A stretch of DNA of 29,228 bases from Lysobacterales bacterium (lineage in GTDB: Bacteria > Pseudomonadota > Gammaproteobacteria > Xanthomonadales > SZUA-5): assembly GCA_022844165.1 (NCBI GenBank), contig JALHMH010000049.1, forward strand, positions 1 through 29,228. The letters run 5' to 3'. The translations under genes were made by a program, and so were the position numbers. The notes below the pieces were generated by a model, which had not been told where the DNA came from, made no database searches, and saw nothing but the letters and a program-made list of their open reading frames with translations. Of the stretch, positions 1 to 8,634 are shown piece by piece. Positions within the stretch are counted from its first letter, which is position 1. Every line of letters starts with the position of its first letter.

Positions 1-3000
1 GTGCTGCGGCAACGACCACGGTCGGCGCGTGCAATATCACCGGTGGTGGTGCGGCATTCCCAACAACGACGATTGCGCAATTGTCGTTCGTCGGCCCAAC
101 AACGACGGCGCAAAACTTGAATCTGCCGAACTGCACGCCGCAAGCCGCGATCACGAATGCAACGCTGACGTGTCCTGAGACAGCCGGCGCGGGTGCGGCG
201 GTCAATCGCACGTGGACGCTCGCCTGCCCGGCGGCACCGCCGGTGAACACAGCGCCCTCCATCGCCTACAACCCAACAACGGGTTCGACGATCACCTACA
301 CGGGTGGTGGAACGGCTGCACCGATTGTTGCAACGCCGTCGGGTGGTTCTGGCTCTGGCGCTGCTGCAACAACTACCGTCGGCGCGTGCAATATCACGGG
401 TGGTGGAGCGGCATTCCCAACTACGACCATTGCGCAGCTGAGTTTTGTCGGCCCAACAACGACGGCGCAGAACCTGAATCTGCCGAACTGCACGCCGCAA
501 GCCGCGATCACGAACGCAACGCTGACGTGTCCTGAGACACGGGGCGCGGGTGCCGCGGTCAACCGCACGTGGACGCTCGCCTGCCCGGCGGCAGCGCCGG
601 TGAACACACCGCCCACTATTGCCTACAACCCAACAACGGGTTCGACGATCACCTACACGGCTGGTGGAACGGCTGCGCCGATTGTTGCTACGCCGTCAGG
701 TGGTTCCGGCTCTGGCGCTGCTGCAACAACTACTGTCGGCGCGTGCAACATCACGGGTGGTGGTGCGGCATTCCCGACCACGACGATTGCGCAACTGAGT
801 TTTGTCGGCCCAACGACGACGGCGCAGAACTTGAATCTGCCGAACTGCACGCCGCAAGCCGCGATCACGAATGCAACGCTGACGTGTCCTGAAACGCAGG
901 GCGCAGGTGCGGCGGTCAACCGCACGTGGACGCTCGCTTGCCCGGCGGCACCGCCGGTGAACACACCGCCCACCATTGCCTACAACCCAACAACGGGTTC
1001 GACGATCACGTACACGGGTGGTGGAACGGCTGCGCCGATCGTTGCTACGCCGTCGGGTGGTTCCGGCTCTGGCGCTGCTGCAACAACTACTGTCGGCGCG
1101 TGCAACATCACGGGTGGTGGTGCGGCATTCCCGACCACAGCGATTGCGCAGCTGAGTTTTGTCGGCCCAACGACGACGGCGCAGAACCTGAATCTGCCGA
1201 ACTGCACGCCGCAGGCCGCCGCTGTTAACGCAACGCTGACGTGTCCTGAGACAGCCGGCGCAGGTGCCGCGGTGAATCGCACGTGGACGCTCGCCTGCCC
1301 GGCGGCAGCGCCGGTGAACACACCGCCCACCATTGCCTACAACCCAACAACGGGTTCGACGATCACCTACACGGCTGGTGGAACGGCTGCACCGATTGTT
1401 GCAACGCCGTCGGGTGGTTCTGGCTCTGGCGCTGCTGCAACAACTACCGTCGGCGCGTGCAATATCACGGGTGGTGGAGCGGCATTCCCAACCACAACGA
1501 TTGCGCAGCTGAGTTTTGTCGGCCCAACGACGACGGCGCAGAACTTGAATCTGCCGAACTGCACGCCGCAAGCCGCCGCTGTTAACGCAACGCTGACGTG
1601 TCCTGAAACGCAGGGCGCGGGTGCGGCGGTCAACCGCACGTGGACGCTCGCCTGCCCGGCGGCAGCGCCGGTGAACACACCGCCCACCATTGCCTACAAC
1701 CCAACAACGGGTTCGACGATCACCTACACGGCTGGTGGAACGGCTGCGCCGATTGTTGCTACGCCGTCGGGTGGTTCAGGCTCTGGCGCTGCTGCAACAA
1801 CTACTGTCGGCGCGTGCAACATCACGGGTGGTGGAGCGGCATTCCCAACCACGACCATTGCGCAGCTGAGTTTTGTCGGCCCAACAACGACGGCGCAGAA
1901 CCTGAATCTGCCGAACTGCACGCCGCAAGCCGCCGCTGTTAACGCAACGCTGACGTGTCCTGAGACACGGGGCGCAGGTGCGGCGGTGAATCGCACGTGG
2001 ACACTCGCCTGCCCGGCGGCAGCGCCGGTTAACACACCGCCCACCATCGCCTACAACCCAACAACGGGTTCGACGATCACCTACACGGGTGGTGGAACGG
2101 CTGCACCGATCGTTGCAACGCCGTCGGGCGGTTCAGGCTCTGGCGCTGCTGCAACAACAACTGTCGGCGCGTGCAACATCACGGGTGGTGGTGCGGCATT
2201 CCCAACCACAACCATTGCGCAGCTGAGTTTCGTCGGCCCAACGACGACGGCGCAGAACCTGAATCTGCCGAACTGCACGCCGCAAGCCGCGATCACGAAC
2301 GCAACGCTGACGTGTCCTGAGACACGGGGCGCAGGTGCGGCGGTGAATCGCACGTGGACGCTCGCCTGCCCGGCGGCAGCGCCGGTCAACACACCGCCCA
2401 CCATTGCCTACAACCCAACAACGGGTTCGACGATCACGTACACGGGTGGTGGAACGGCTGCGCCGATCGTTGCTACGCCGTCGGGTGGTTCAGGCTCTGG
2501 CGCTGCTGCAACAACTACTGTCGGCGCGTGCAACATCACGGGTGGTGGTGCGGCATTCCCGACCACAACGATTGCGCAACTGAGTTTTGTCGGCCCAACG
2601 ACGACGGCGCAGAACTTGAATCTGCCGAACTGCACGCCGCAAGCCGCCGCTGTTAACGCAACGCTGACGTGTCCTGAGACAGCCGGCGCAGGTGCCGCGG
2701 TGAATCGCACGTGGACGCTCGCCTGCCCAGCTGCGCCGCCTGTCAACACGCCGCCGAACGTTGCTTTCAGTCCCGCAACAGGAACAACCATCACCTATAC
2801 CGGCGCTGGAACTGCAGCCCCAATTGTGGTGACGCCTTCTGCTGGCTCTGGCTCCGGCGCGGCGGCAACAACCACCTTTGGCGCCTGCAACATCACGGGC
2901 GGTGGTGCGGCGTTCCCAATCACGACAATTGCGCAACTGTCGTTTGTGGGTCCAACCACCACGGCGCAAAACCTGGTGCTGCCCAATTGCGTACCGCAAG

Positions 3001-3090
3001 CGGCCGCCACCAACGCGACACTGACCTGCCCAGAAACGCAGGGTGCGGGCGCGGCGGTTAACCGCGTCTGGACACTGGCCTGTCCGGCAG
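1..3090 (+). repeat. 357-bp (119-aa) tandem coding repeat: one partial unit, seven near-identical units, one diverged unit
   Basis: The PVNT unit starts at 240, 597, 954, 1311, 1668, 2025, 2382 and 2739 (exact 357-bp period). Each unit has four Cys. Confidence 0.97.
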
Positions 3091-4016
3091 GTGTGGTGAA
3101 CACGGCACCAACGTTGACCTACAACCCGATGCCGAACACGTCAGCGGTACCGCCGGGTGGTCCGTTCACATCGATTCCGTACGGATCGAGCGCCAATATC
3201 CAGGTGTTGTGCGCAAGCCCGAGCCCAGACGGAACGGCTTGCGGTGGTAGCGGTGCAGGCGATCCGGCGACGGCACGGCTGCAAAACATCACGGTTGCCT
3301 ACATCGGCGCGCCGTTCAGTCCGCTACCGGCCAACCTGTCATGCGTGTTTGCAAATCAGGCCAACGGAACGGTGGCAAGCCCGCTGAACTTCGTGGCAGG
3401 CCAGGCCGATCCAGGCAACATCCGTTGTACCTGTGCGAACAACCCGACGAGCACTGATAACTATCGTGTCAGTGTGCAGGAAGTTCGGCCGGTGGGTGCT
3501 GCGCCTGTGACGCGAAACTTCGACATTACCTGCGGTGGTGCGGGCGTTGTGTGCGGATCGCTGACGGCAACGCCGGCTTCGGGCACGATCAACCTGAACA
3601 ACGGCGGTGCTGCGGTGCAAGTGACGGCGTTGCAAGCAGCCGGCATTACGGCGCCGAACACCCGTTCTGTGACCTGTGCGGTGTCGGGCGCGTCGGCTGG
3701 TTCGACCTTCACCGTGTCGCCCACGAGCCCGATTACGGTAGGAGCGACGGCTGTGAATGTGACAGCGAGCTGCACGAACTCGGCGACGGCCACAGGAACA
3801 GCGACGTTGACTTGTACGGCGGCTGCCAACGTTCCGCTGCAAGGATGCCCAGCATTGACCGCGACGTACACGCTGAGCTGCCCTGGTACGGTCGTGGTGC
3901 CACCTGCCGCTCCGGCAACGCCAGTTCCGGCGATGAGCGATCTTGGTCGCATCCTGCTGGCTTCGCTGGTGTTGATGTTAGGTCTGGTCGCGGTTGGATT
4001 TCGCCCCCGCGGTTAA
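3..4016 (+). CDS. Large Thr/Ala/Gly/Cys-rich tandem-repeat surface protein with IPTL-CTERM-like sorting signal (5' end outside window)
   Basis: Frame is open from position 3 (AAATTTVGACNITGGG...), so the TTG at 81 is not the true start. 119-aa repeats are followed by two non-repeat Cys-containing beta-rich domains and the tail PVPAMSDLGRILLASLVLMLGLVAVGFRPRG. Confidence 0.9.
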   Translation, partial: AAATTTVGACNITGGGAAFPTTTIAQLSFVGPTTTAQNLNLPNCTPQAAITNATLTCPETAGAGAAVNRTWTLACPAAPPVNTAPSIAYNPTTGSTITYTGGGTAAPIVATPSGGSGSGAAATTTVGACNITGGGAAFPTTTIAQLSFVGPTTTAQNLNLPNCTPQAAITNATLTCPETRGAGAAVNRTWTLACPAAAPVNTPPTIAYNPTTGSTITYTAGGTAAPIVATPSGGSGSGAAATTTVGACNITGGGAAFPTTTIAQLSFVGPTTTAQNLNLPNCTPQAAITNATLTCPETQGAGAAVNRTWTLACPAAPPVNTPPTIAYNPTTGSTITYTGGGTAAPIVATPSGGSGSGAAATTTVGACNITGGGAAFPTTAIAQLSFVGPTTTAQNLNLPNCTPQAAAVNATLTCPETAGAGAAVNRTWTLACPAAAPVNTPPTIAYNPTTGSTITYTAGGTAAPIVATPSGGSGSGAAATTTVGACNITGGGAAFPTTTIAQLSFVGPTTTAQNLNLPNCTPQAAAVNATLTCPETQGAGAAVNRTWTLACPAAAPVNTPPTIAYNPTTGSTITYTAGGTAAPIVATPSGGSGSGAAATTTVGACNITGGGAAFPTTTIAQLSFVGPTTTAQNLNLPNCTPQAAAVNATLTCPETRGAGAAVNRTWTLACPAAAPVNTPPTIAYNPTTGSTITYTGGGTAAPIVATPSGGSGSGAAATTTVGACNITGGGAAFPTTTIAQLSFVGPTTTAQNLNLPNCTPQAAITNATLTCPETRGAGAAVNRTWTLACPAAAPVNTPPTIAYNPTTGSTITYTGGGTAAPIVATPSGGSGSGAAATTTVGACNITGGGAAFPTTTIAQLSFVGPTTTAQNLNLPNCTPQAAAVNATLTCPETAGAGAAVNRTWTLACPAAPPVNTPPNVAFSPATGTTITYTGAGTAAPIVVTPSAGSGSGAAATTTFGACNITGGGAAFPITTIAQLSFVGPTTTAQNLVLPNCVPQAAATNATLTCPETQGAGAAVNRVWTLACPAGVVNTAPTLTYNPMPNTSAVPPGGPFTSIPYGSSANIQVLCASPSPDGTACGGSGAGDPATARLQNITVAYIGAPFSPLPANLSCVFANQANGTVASPLNFVAGQADPGNIRCTCANNPTSTDNYRVSVQEVRPVGAAPVTRNFDITCGGAGVVCGSLTATPASGTINLNNGGAAVQVTALQAAGITAPNTRSVTCAVSGASAGSTFTVSPTSPITVGATAVNVTASCTNSATATGTATLTCTAAANVPLQGCPALTATYTLSCPGTVVVPPAAPATPVPAMSDLGRILLASLVLMLGLVAVGFRPRG
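3921..4013 (+). other. IPTL-CTERM/PEP-CTERM-class C-terminal sorting signal
   Basis: VPAMS motif, then a hydrophobic helix (ILLASLVLMLGLVAVGF) and a basic tail (RPRG), preceded by a Pro-rich linker. Confidence 0.75.
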
Positions 4017-4035
4017 GATAGAAACGCCGTAACCT

Positions 4036-4070
4036 AAAGACGAAGGGGCCGAAAGGTCCCTTCGTCGTTT
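4036..4070. terminator. Intrinsic terminator hairpin between convergent genes
   Basis: GACGAAGGGGCC-GAAA-GGTCCCTTCGTC stem-loop with aaa before and gttt after, about 20 bp past the stop. Confidence 0.75.
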
Positions 4071-4181
4071 ACCGCCTTCGATACACGCAACGTGACGACC
4101 AGGCTGCAACCATGGCTGCGCCAGAAGATGGATCCGTAAGAATGGACTGCAGCAGGGCGACGGATCAGCTGGAAAGGACTA

Positions 4182-5009
4182 CTACAGCAGCTCGATCCAT
4201 TCGCCCTCCGGGCCGGCCAACATGCGCGCGGTTGGGTCGTCGACAGCTTTGAGGCGAAGCCCGTTTGCTGAGCTACGCGCAAAGCTCAACATGCGGATTC
4301 CTGTCCGCAATTCGCCGCTGCATGGTGGTAGCCAGGGAAGCGCATCCAACTCGATGAGATGTTGGCCCGATAACTGTGCGCAAGCCACAGGATGGCGGTC
4401 GGCTTCCTCACGCCGGTGCACACGATTGACCGATCCCAGTCGAGTATCGAATCGCCAACGACCGACAACGCCAAGCCCCTCGTAGAAAGCCAAAGTCGTA
4501 TCGCGATTGCAGCACCCAAGAACCGCGACGAATAAATCGTCGATTTTGTGTTTAGCTTGCGGCAAATCAAACGGTGGCACGGGCCGTTTGACCTGCGTCA
4601 GGTAGAGCACTTCGCCGTCGGGTCCAACGACCTGCATCGCCCGAATCGCATCCGAAACGTCCAGGTTTGCCGGCGCGCCCAGTACTCGAAAGTGCTCTTC
4701 GGATAGCTGTGCCGCGAGTTCATCGACGTCGAGAACGATGACCTCAAGTGCCAGCCACCCCCTGGCGTCGAAAGGGCTCGAACGCACTGCGTCGGGCACT
4801 TCGATCAGATGCAACCAGGGATTAGCGGCGTGACCACCCAGACGCGCGACGCGAGCAGCGTTGAGCTTCGCTGAGCCCATGGCTAACGCCCGCGATTTGT
4901 CGACACGACTGAGCTCCACCAGGCACATGCCCAAATGCCCATAGGCCGCGAGCGAACGATCAAGATCTCGACAAATGACCGTGGCGGCGGCGATGGGGCC
5001 TAAGCGCAT
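4182..5009 (-). CDS. VOC/glyoxalase superfamily protein
   Basis: DLDRSLAAY start motif and two VOC-type ends (VVGPDGEVLYL, LAGPEGEWIEL). Confidence 0.75.
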   Translation of the reverse strand: MRLGPIAAATVICRDLDRSLAAYGHLGMCLVELSRVDKSRALAMGSAKLNAARVARLGGHAANPWLHLIEVPDAVRSSPFDARGWLALEVIVLDVDELAAQLSEEHFRVLGAPANLDVSDAIRAMQVVGPDGEVLYLTQVKRPVPPFDLPQAKHKIDDLFVAVLGCCNRDTTLAFYEGLGVVGRWRFDTRLGSVNRVHRREEADRHPVACAQLSGQHLIELDALPWLPPCSGELRTGIRMLSFARSSANGLRLKAVDDPTARMLAGPEGEWIELL

Positions 5010-5048
5010 GTGCTTACCAACATATCAGGTCGTGTCCGGTCCATTTAG

Positions 5049-5200
5049 CACTTTGTTGAGAAACGCACTTCCTGTGCGTTTCTCAAGTCGCGAGTCCGGC
5101 ACTTGTCCGGACTCGCTCTCCATGGATCAAGCACTTACGTGCTCGATCCATGTGCGAACCATCCATGGTTCGCGCCCGCAGGCTGTTTCTCAACAGCCTG
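5049..5200 (+). mobile_element. MITE-like element family A, copy 1 (152 bp)
   Basis: Imperfect terminal inverted repeats CACTTTGTTGAGAAAC...GTTTCTCAACAGCCTG, flanked by TTAG direct repeats (5045-5048, 5201-5204). Four internal hairpins. An inverted second copy lies at 8145-8296. Confidence 0.8.
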
Positions 5201-5299
5201 TTAGACGCTCGGATTATCGAACAGATTTTGTTGCGATCACTGTCGAGAGATGGCAAGAGCGTCCCGCTTGACGCCACCGGGAGCAGCGCGAGGCCCCGC

Positions 5300-7675
5300 T
5301 CAGCGCAACGACTCAAAACCGTCCCCAAACAAGCGCTCAAGATCGACGATCAACGCGGTGCCCTCCAGTGGATTGTCGATCGCTTCGCCCGGTGCGCCGA
5401 GAACCAGGACACCTTCATGCAGGGCGACGCTACGACCCACTGCGCTGCCGTTGCCGGGTAGAGAGCTGATCAGACGCGGTGCCTGGGCCCAGGTATTGCC
5501 GTTACGAAGAAAGCGATAGGCCGCACCAGCGTTGCTCACACCGTCGACATCGACGCCGCTTGCGCCCAACAAGATCGAGTCGCCTTCGATTGCCACCGAA
5601 ATGCCGACCGAATCGCCGGGGCGTGCACCTTGTGGCGTCAGTGTCGCTTCGGTGTTGCCTGATAAAAGGTTGAAAACGTATGCCGCGCCGATGACGGGTG
5701 AGCCATCCTGAAAAGCGCCCACCAGCGCCGAGGCTCCGTCGGTGTCGACAGAAAACCCGAACGCAGCGCCTTCTCGCAGAATCGGCGCAGACAGTGCGCG
5801 AACGAAGGTGCCGGTGCGGGTGAACTGATATGCCTCACCCGCGCCAGCCACGCCGTTCAATGTCACAACAGGTGCGCCAACGATGACCGCGTTTTCTCGT
5901 AAGGCCACGCTTGCACCGAAGGCAGATCCGAACTGTACGGTTGGCGCGGCCAGCGTGGCGCCCTCAACCCAAACGCCGTTCTGGCGTTGGAACAGATGTG
6001 CGCGGCCACTGTTGGCGAACGCGCCGCGTGCGCCGATCACGGCCACATCGCCGTCGATATCGACGGAGAACCCGAACAAATGGGATTCGTTGCCGAGCGC
6101 AGCAGTCAGTTTTTGCTCGAAGACGAAGCCAGTTCCGTTGCGCCGAAAGACATAGGCCGAACCTTGGTCGACGTTGTTGCCCACAATGTCCCAATAGGCG
6201 CCCACAATCAGACGCTCGGCATCGAGCGCAACGGCAATCCCATAACGATCCTCGCTCTCGCCATCGGGTGCGGGCAACGCACCGCCATATTGCCAGCCAC
6301 TGCCGCTACGGCGGAACCAGTGCACGTTGCCGGCATCGACGCCTGCCGGTGCATCTTCGAGATACGCGCCCACTACTGCAATATCGCCATGAACCGCCAC
6401 CGATGTGCCGTAACGGTCGTACATTCCGCCATCGCCCGTGTCGATCTGCCCGGACGCCTGCCAACTCGCGCCGTTGGGTGCATAGGCACGGACGGAACCC
6501 TGACCGCGATTGTTGCCGACGGTCGATTGATCGGTGCCCGCCAGCAACAATTCGTCGACGAACCCGACGGAGATGCCAAAGCGATCCGCCGTTCCCCCAT
6601 TCGCGATATCGATGCGCGTTGGCGTGCCCAGTGCCGTACCGGCACGCGGATAGGCGTAAACAGCGCCATCACCACCGAGCGCAGCAAACGCGCCAACCGC
6701 CAGCCTCGAGTTGTCGATCGCCAATGCAGCGCCGTAGCGCATTCCTGGCGTGCCATCTTGCGCGGTGATGGTCGTCGCCAGTGTCCAGTCGCCATTGTCT
6801 AAACTCAGAACGAGCGCCCGACCGGCATCGCCGCCGGGTGCGCCGACAACCGCGACATTGCCGTGAACCGCGATTGCGGCGCCCAGTTCGCTGCTCGGCG
6901 TTGCGTCGAGACCCAGCCGAGCCGGCACCGAGAACTGCCCCCCAATCCTTCGTGCGCGGTACACCGCGCCGCCGCCCGATGCGTCGGGCGCTCCGATCAG
7001 CAACTCGTCCCCGTCCATCGCGAGGGCGTGGCCGAAGAGCGCTTCACCGGCCCCGACTTCCGGCCACAGAACCTGTTGGCGCTCATATCCGCCCAGCCCA
7101 CGAACGAAGATTTCAACGCGGCCCGTGCCATCTCGTGGAACGCCCACGGCAAGGACGTTCCCAGACGCGGCCAACGCAAAGCCAAAGCGTTCGTCCGTTT
7201 GCGGCGTCACCGCGCGCAGCACCTGGCGTTCCACCGCACCCGATGCATTGAAGGCAAACAGTTTGACGATGCCGGCCTCGGTCACGGGCTCCACTTCTGC
7301 GCGCGGGATGCCGACCGCTATTTCGTTCGCCAAAAACGCGAGCGCGGTCCCGGTATTGTCGCCATTTCCCACCAATGGTCCGTTGATCAGCTTGCTGACG
7401 CGGGTGAAGGAGCCGTTCTGTTCGCGTCGATAGAGGATCACCGAACCGGTTTCCACGCCGTTGGCCACGCCTGGCACGACCAACGTATCGTTGGGCGCCG
7501 CTACAGCTATCCACGGCGCTGCACTTGCAAGCGAAAATCCGAAACTATCGCCGGACGCGCCATCGCCGGTCACTGGCGATAGCAAGCGAGTTGTCACTGC
7601 CGTGTCCTGCGCCGATACCGCGCTACAGGCGAGCGAAACTGCGACCAAAACAAAACGAGAAGAGAAAATGTTCAT
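5300..7675 (-). CDS. Secreted FG-GAP/integrin-like double beta-propeller protein
   Basis: Signal peptide MNIFSSRFVLVAVSLACSAVSA-QD places the start at 7675 rather than 7792. 14 FG-x-SVA...VGAP repeats. C-terminal LFGDGFE motif. Confidence 0.85.
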   Translation of the reverse strand: MNIFSSRFVLVAVSLACSAVSAQDTAVTTRLLSPVTGDGASGDSFGFSLASAAPWIAVAAPNDTLVVPGVANGVETGSVILYRREQNGSFTRVSKLINGPLVGNGDNTGTALAFLANEIAVGIPRAEVEPVTEAGIVKLFAFNASGAVERQVLRAVTPQTDERFGFALAASGNVLAVGVPRDGTGRVEIFVRGLGGYERQQVLWPEVGAGEALFGHALAMDGDELLIGAPDASGGGAVYRARRIGGQFSVPARLGLDATPSSELGAAIAVHGNVAVVGAPGGDAGRALVLSLDNGDWTLATTITAQDGTPGMRYGAALAIDNSRLAVGAFAALGGDGAVYAYPRAGTALGTPTRIDIANGGTADRFGISVGFVDELLLAGTDQSTVGNNRGQGSVRAYAPNGASWQASGQIDTGDGGMYDRYGTSVAVHGDIAVVGAYLEDAPAGVDAGNVHWFRRSGSGWQYGGALPAPDGESEDRYGIAVALDAERLIVGAYWDIVGNNVDQGSAYVFRRNGTGFVFEQKLTAALGNESHLFGFSVDIDGDVAVIGARGAFANSGRAHLFQRQNGVWVEGATLAAPTVQFGSAFGASVALRENAVIVGAPVVTLNGVAGAGEAYQFTRTGTFVRALSAPILREGAAFGFSVDTDGASALVGAFQDGSPVIGAAYVFNLLSGNTEATLTPQGARPGDSVGISVAIEGDSILLGASGVDVDGVSNAGAAYRFLRNGNTWAQAPRLISSLPGNGSAVGRSVALHEGVLVLGAPGEAIDNPLEGTALIVDLERLFGDGFESLR

Positions 7676-8144
7676 TCGCGAAATCGAATCCCAAGACAAC
7701 GAAGCCATGGCGCGGATCATTCGCCAAGTCATGCCAGAGTTTGGTGCACAAGGCCCCGGATTTGCTATCAACGATCCAGAAGTCGACCACATGTCGCAAG
7801 CCTATGCCGCTCCACGTCATCGCTATTTTGTCGTGGTGGAGAATGGCACGGTGCAAGGCGGAGCAGGTATTGCGCCGCTGACTGGCATGGAAGCAACACA
7901 CTGCGAACTGCGCAAAATGTACTTCTTGCCGGCGCTACGCGGTCGCGGAATCGGCAGCGAAATGATGGTGCGGTGTCTTCAATTTGCGCGGACAGCGGGA
8001 TATTCGCATTGCTACCTGGAGACGCTCACCGGTATGGATGAAGCGCAGGCCCTGTATCGACGATTCGGTTTCCAGCCGATCCCGGGAGCTCTTGGGGCAA
8101 CCGGACATTTTGCCTGCAACCGGTTTTTCCTGTTGGGCCTCTAG
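7668..8144 (+). CDS. GNAT family N-acetyltransferase (YjgM-like)
   Basis: Starts MFIREIE; ELRKMYFLPALRGRGIG acetyl-CoA motif; CYLET...AQALYRRFGF. The longer ORF from 7461 overlaps the FG-GAP gene antisense. Confidence 0.9.
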   Translation: MFIREIESQDNEAMARIIRQVMPEFGAQGPGFAINDPEVDHMSQAYAAPRHRYFVVVENGTVQGGAGIAPLTGMEATHCELRKMYFLPALRGRGIGSEMMVRCLQFARTAGYSHCYLETLTGMDEAQALYRRFGFQPIPGALGATGHFACNRFFLLGL

Positions 8145-8296
8145 CAGGCTGTTGAGAAACAGGCTGCGGGCGCGAACCATGGATGGTTCGCACATGGGTC
8201 GAGCACGTAAGTGCTTGATCCATGGAGAGCGAGTCCGGACATGTGCCGGACTCGCGACTTGAGAAACGCACAGGAAGTGCGTTTCTCAACATCGTG
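8145..8296 (-). mobile_element. MITE-like element family A, copy 2 (inverted)
   Basis: Reverse complement of 5049-5200 with 5 differences by my count. Begins right after CTAG, which contains the GNAT stop codon. Confidence 0.8.
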
Positions 8297-8300
8297 CCAA

Positions 8301-8458
8301 TGTGGTGTCCCAAAAGTAAGGTGAACAATTTCCGCGTCTTTCGACCCGAATGCTGCGTTGTTCGTCGTCGCCATAGCGCTGCTATGGCTCCTTCTCTCGC
8401 CTTGCCTCGGACCGAAATCCATCGGAAATTTAGTTCAACTTATTTCTGGGACACCACA
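8301..8458. mobile_element. MITE-like element family B (158 bp)
   Basis: About 35-bp imperfect terminal inverted repeats: TGTGGTGTCCCAAAAGTAAGGTGAACAATTTCCG versus TGTGGTGTCCCAGAAATAAGTTGAACTAAATTTCCG on the minus strand. Internal GCCATAGC hairpin. CTAG at 8459-8462. Confidence 0.7.
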
Positions 8459-8634
8459 CTAGTCGATCGCGCCGCGGCATAGGCGCTTTGCGCATCGTGA
8501 TTGCCGATGCGCACTCGTTAATTTAGCGCGAGCGATGGGACTTGTGCTTCAGGGAGAGCGCGCGCTTGCGGCGCTGGTCGCATGTTTCGAATGCCGCCGG
8601 GGCGCCGCTGCAGCGACGCCCCGAAGCGTTTCGA

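Noticed and set aside
1-3090. Repeats as a CRISPR array or DGR template/variable pair
   Set aside because: Units are 357 bp, contiguous and in frame with no spacers. Differences are mostly synonymous and not adenine-specific. No cas or reverse transcriptase gene is in the window.
212-3103. Periodic ~100-aa ORFs in other frames and strands (MDARLPGG..., MVGGVFTG...)
   Set aside because: Shadow frames reproduced by the tandem repeat.
4204-4219. CCCTCCGGGCC match to the tRNA 3' end as a possible att site
   Set aside because: Only 11 bp, in inverted orientation, inside the GPEGE codons of the VOC gene; no integrase is present.
4975-5461. Duplicated small ORFs (MCEPSMVRAR..., LRNALPVRFSSRESG...) also seen near 7935-8422
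   Set aside because: They are translations of the non-coding MITE copies.
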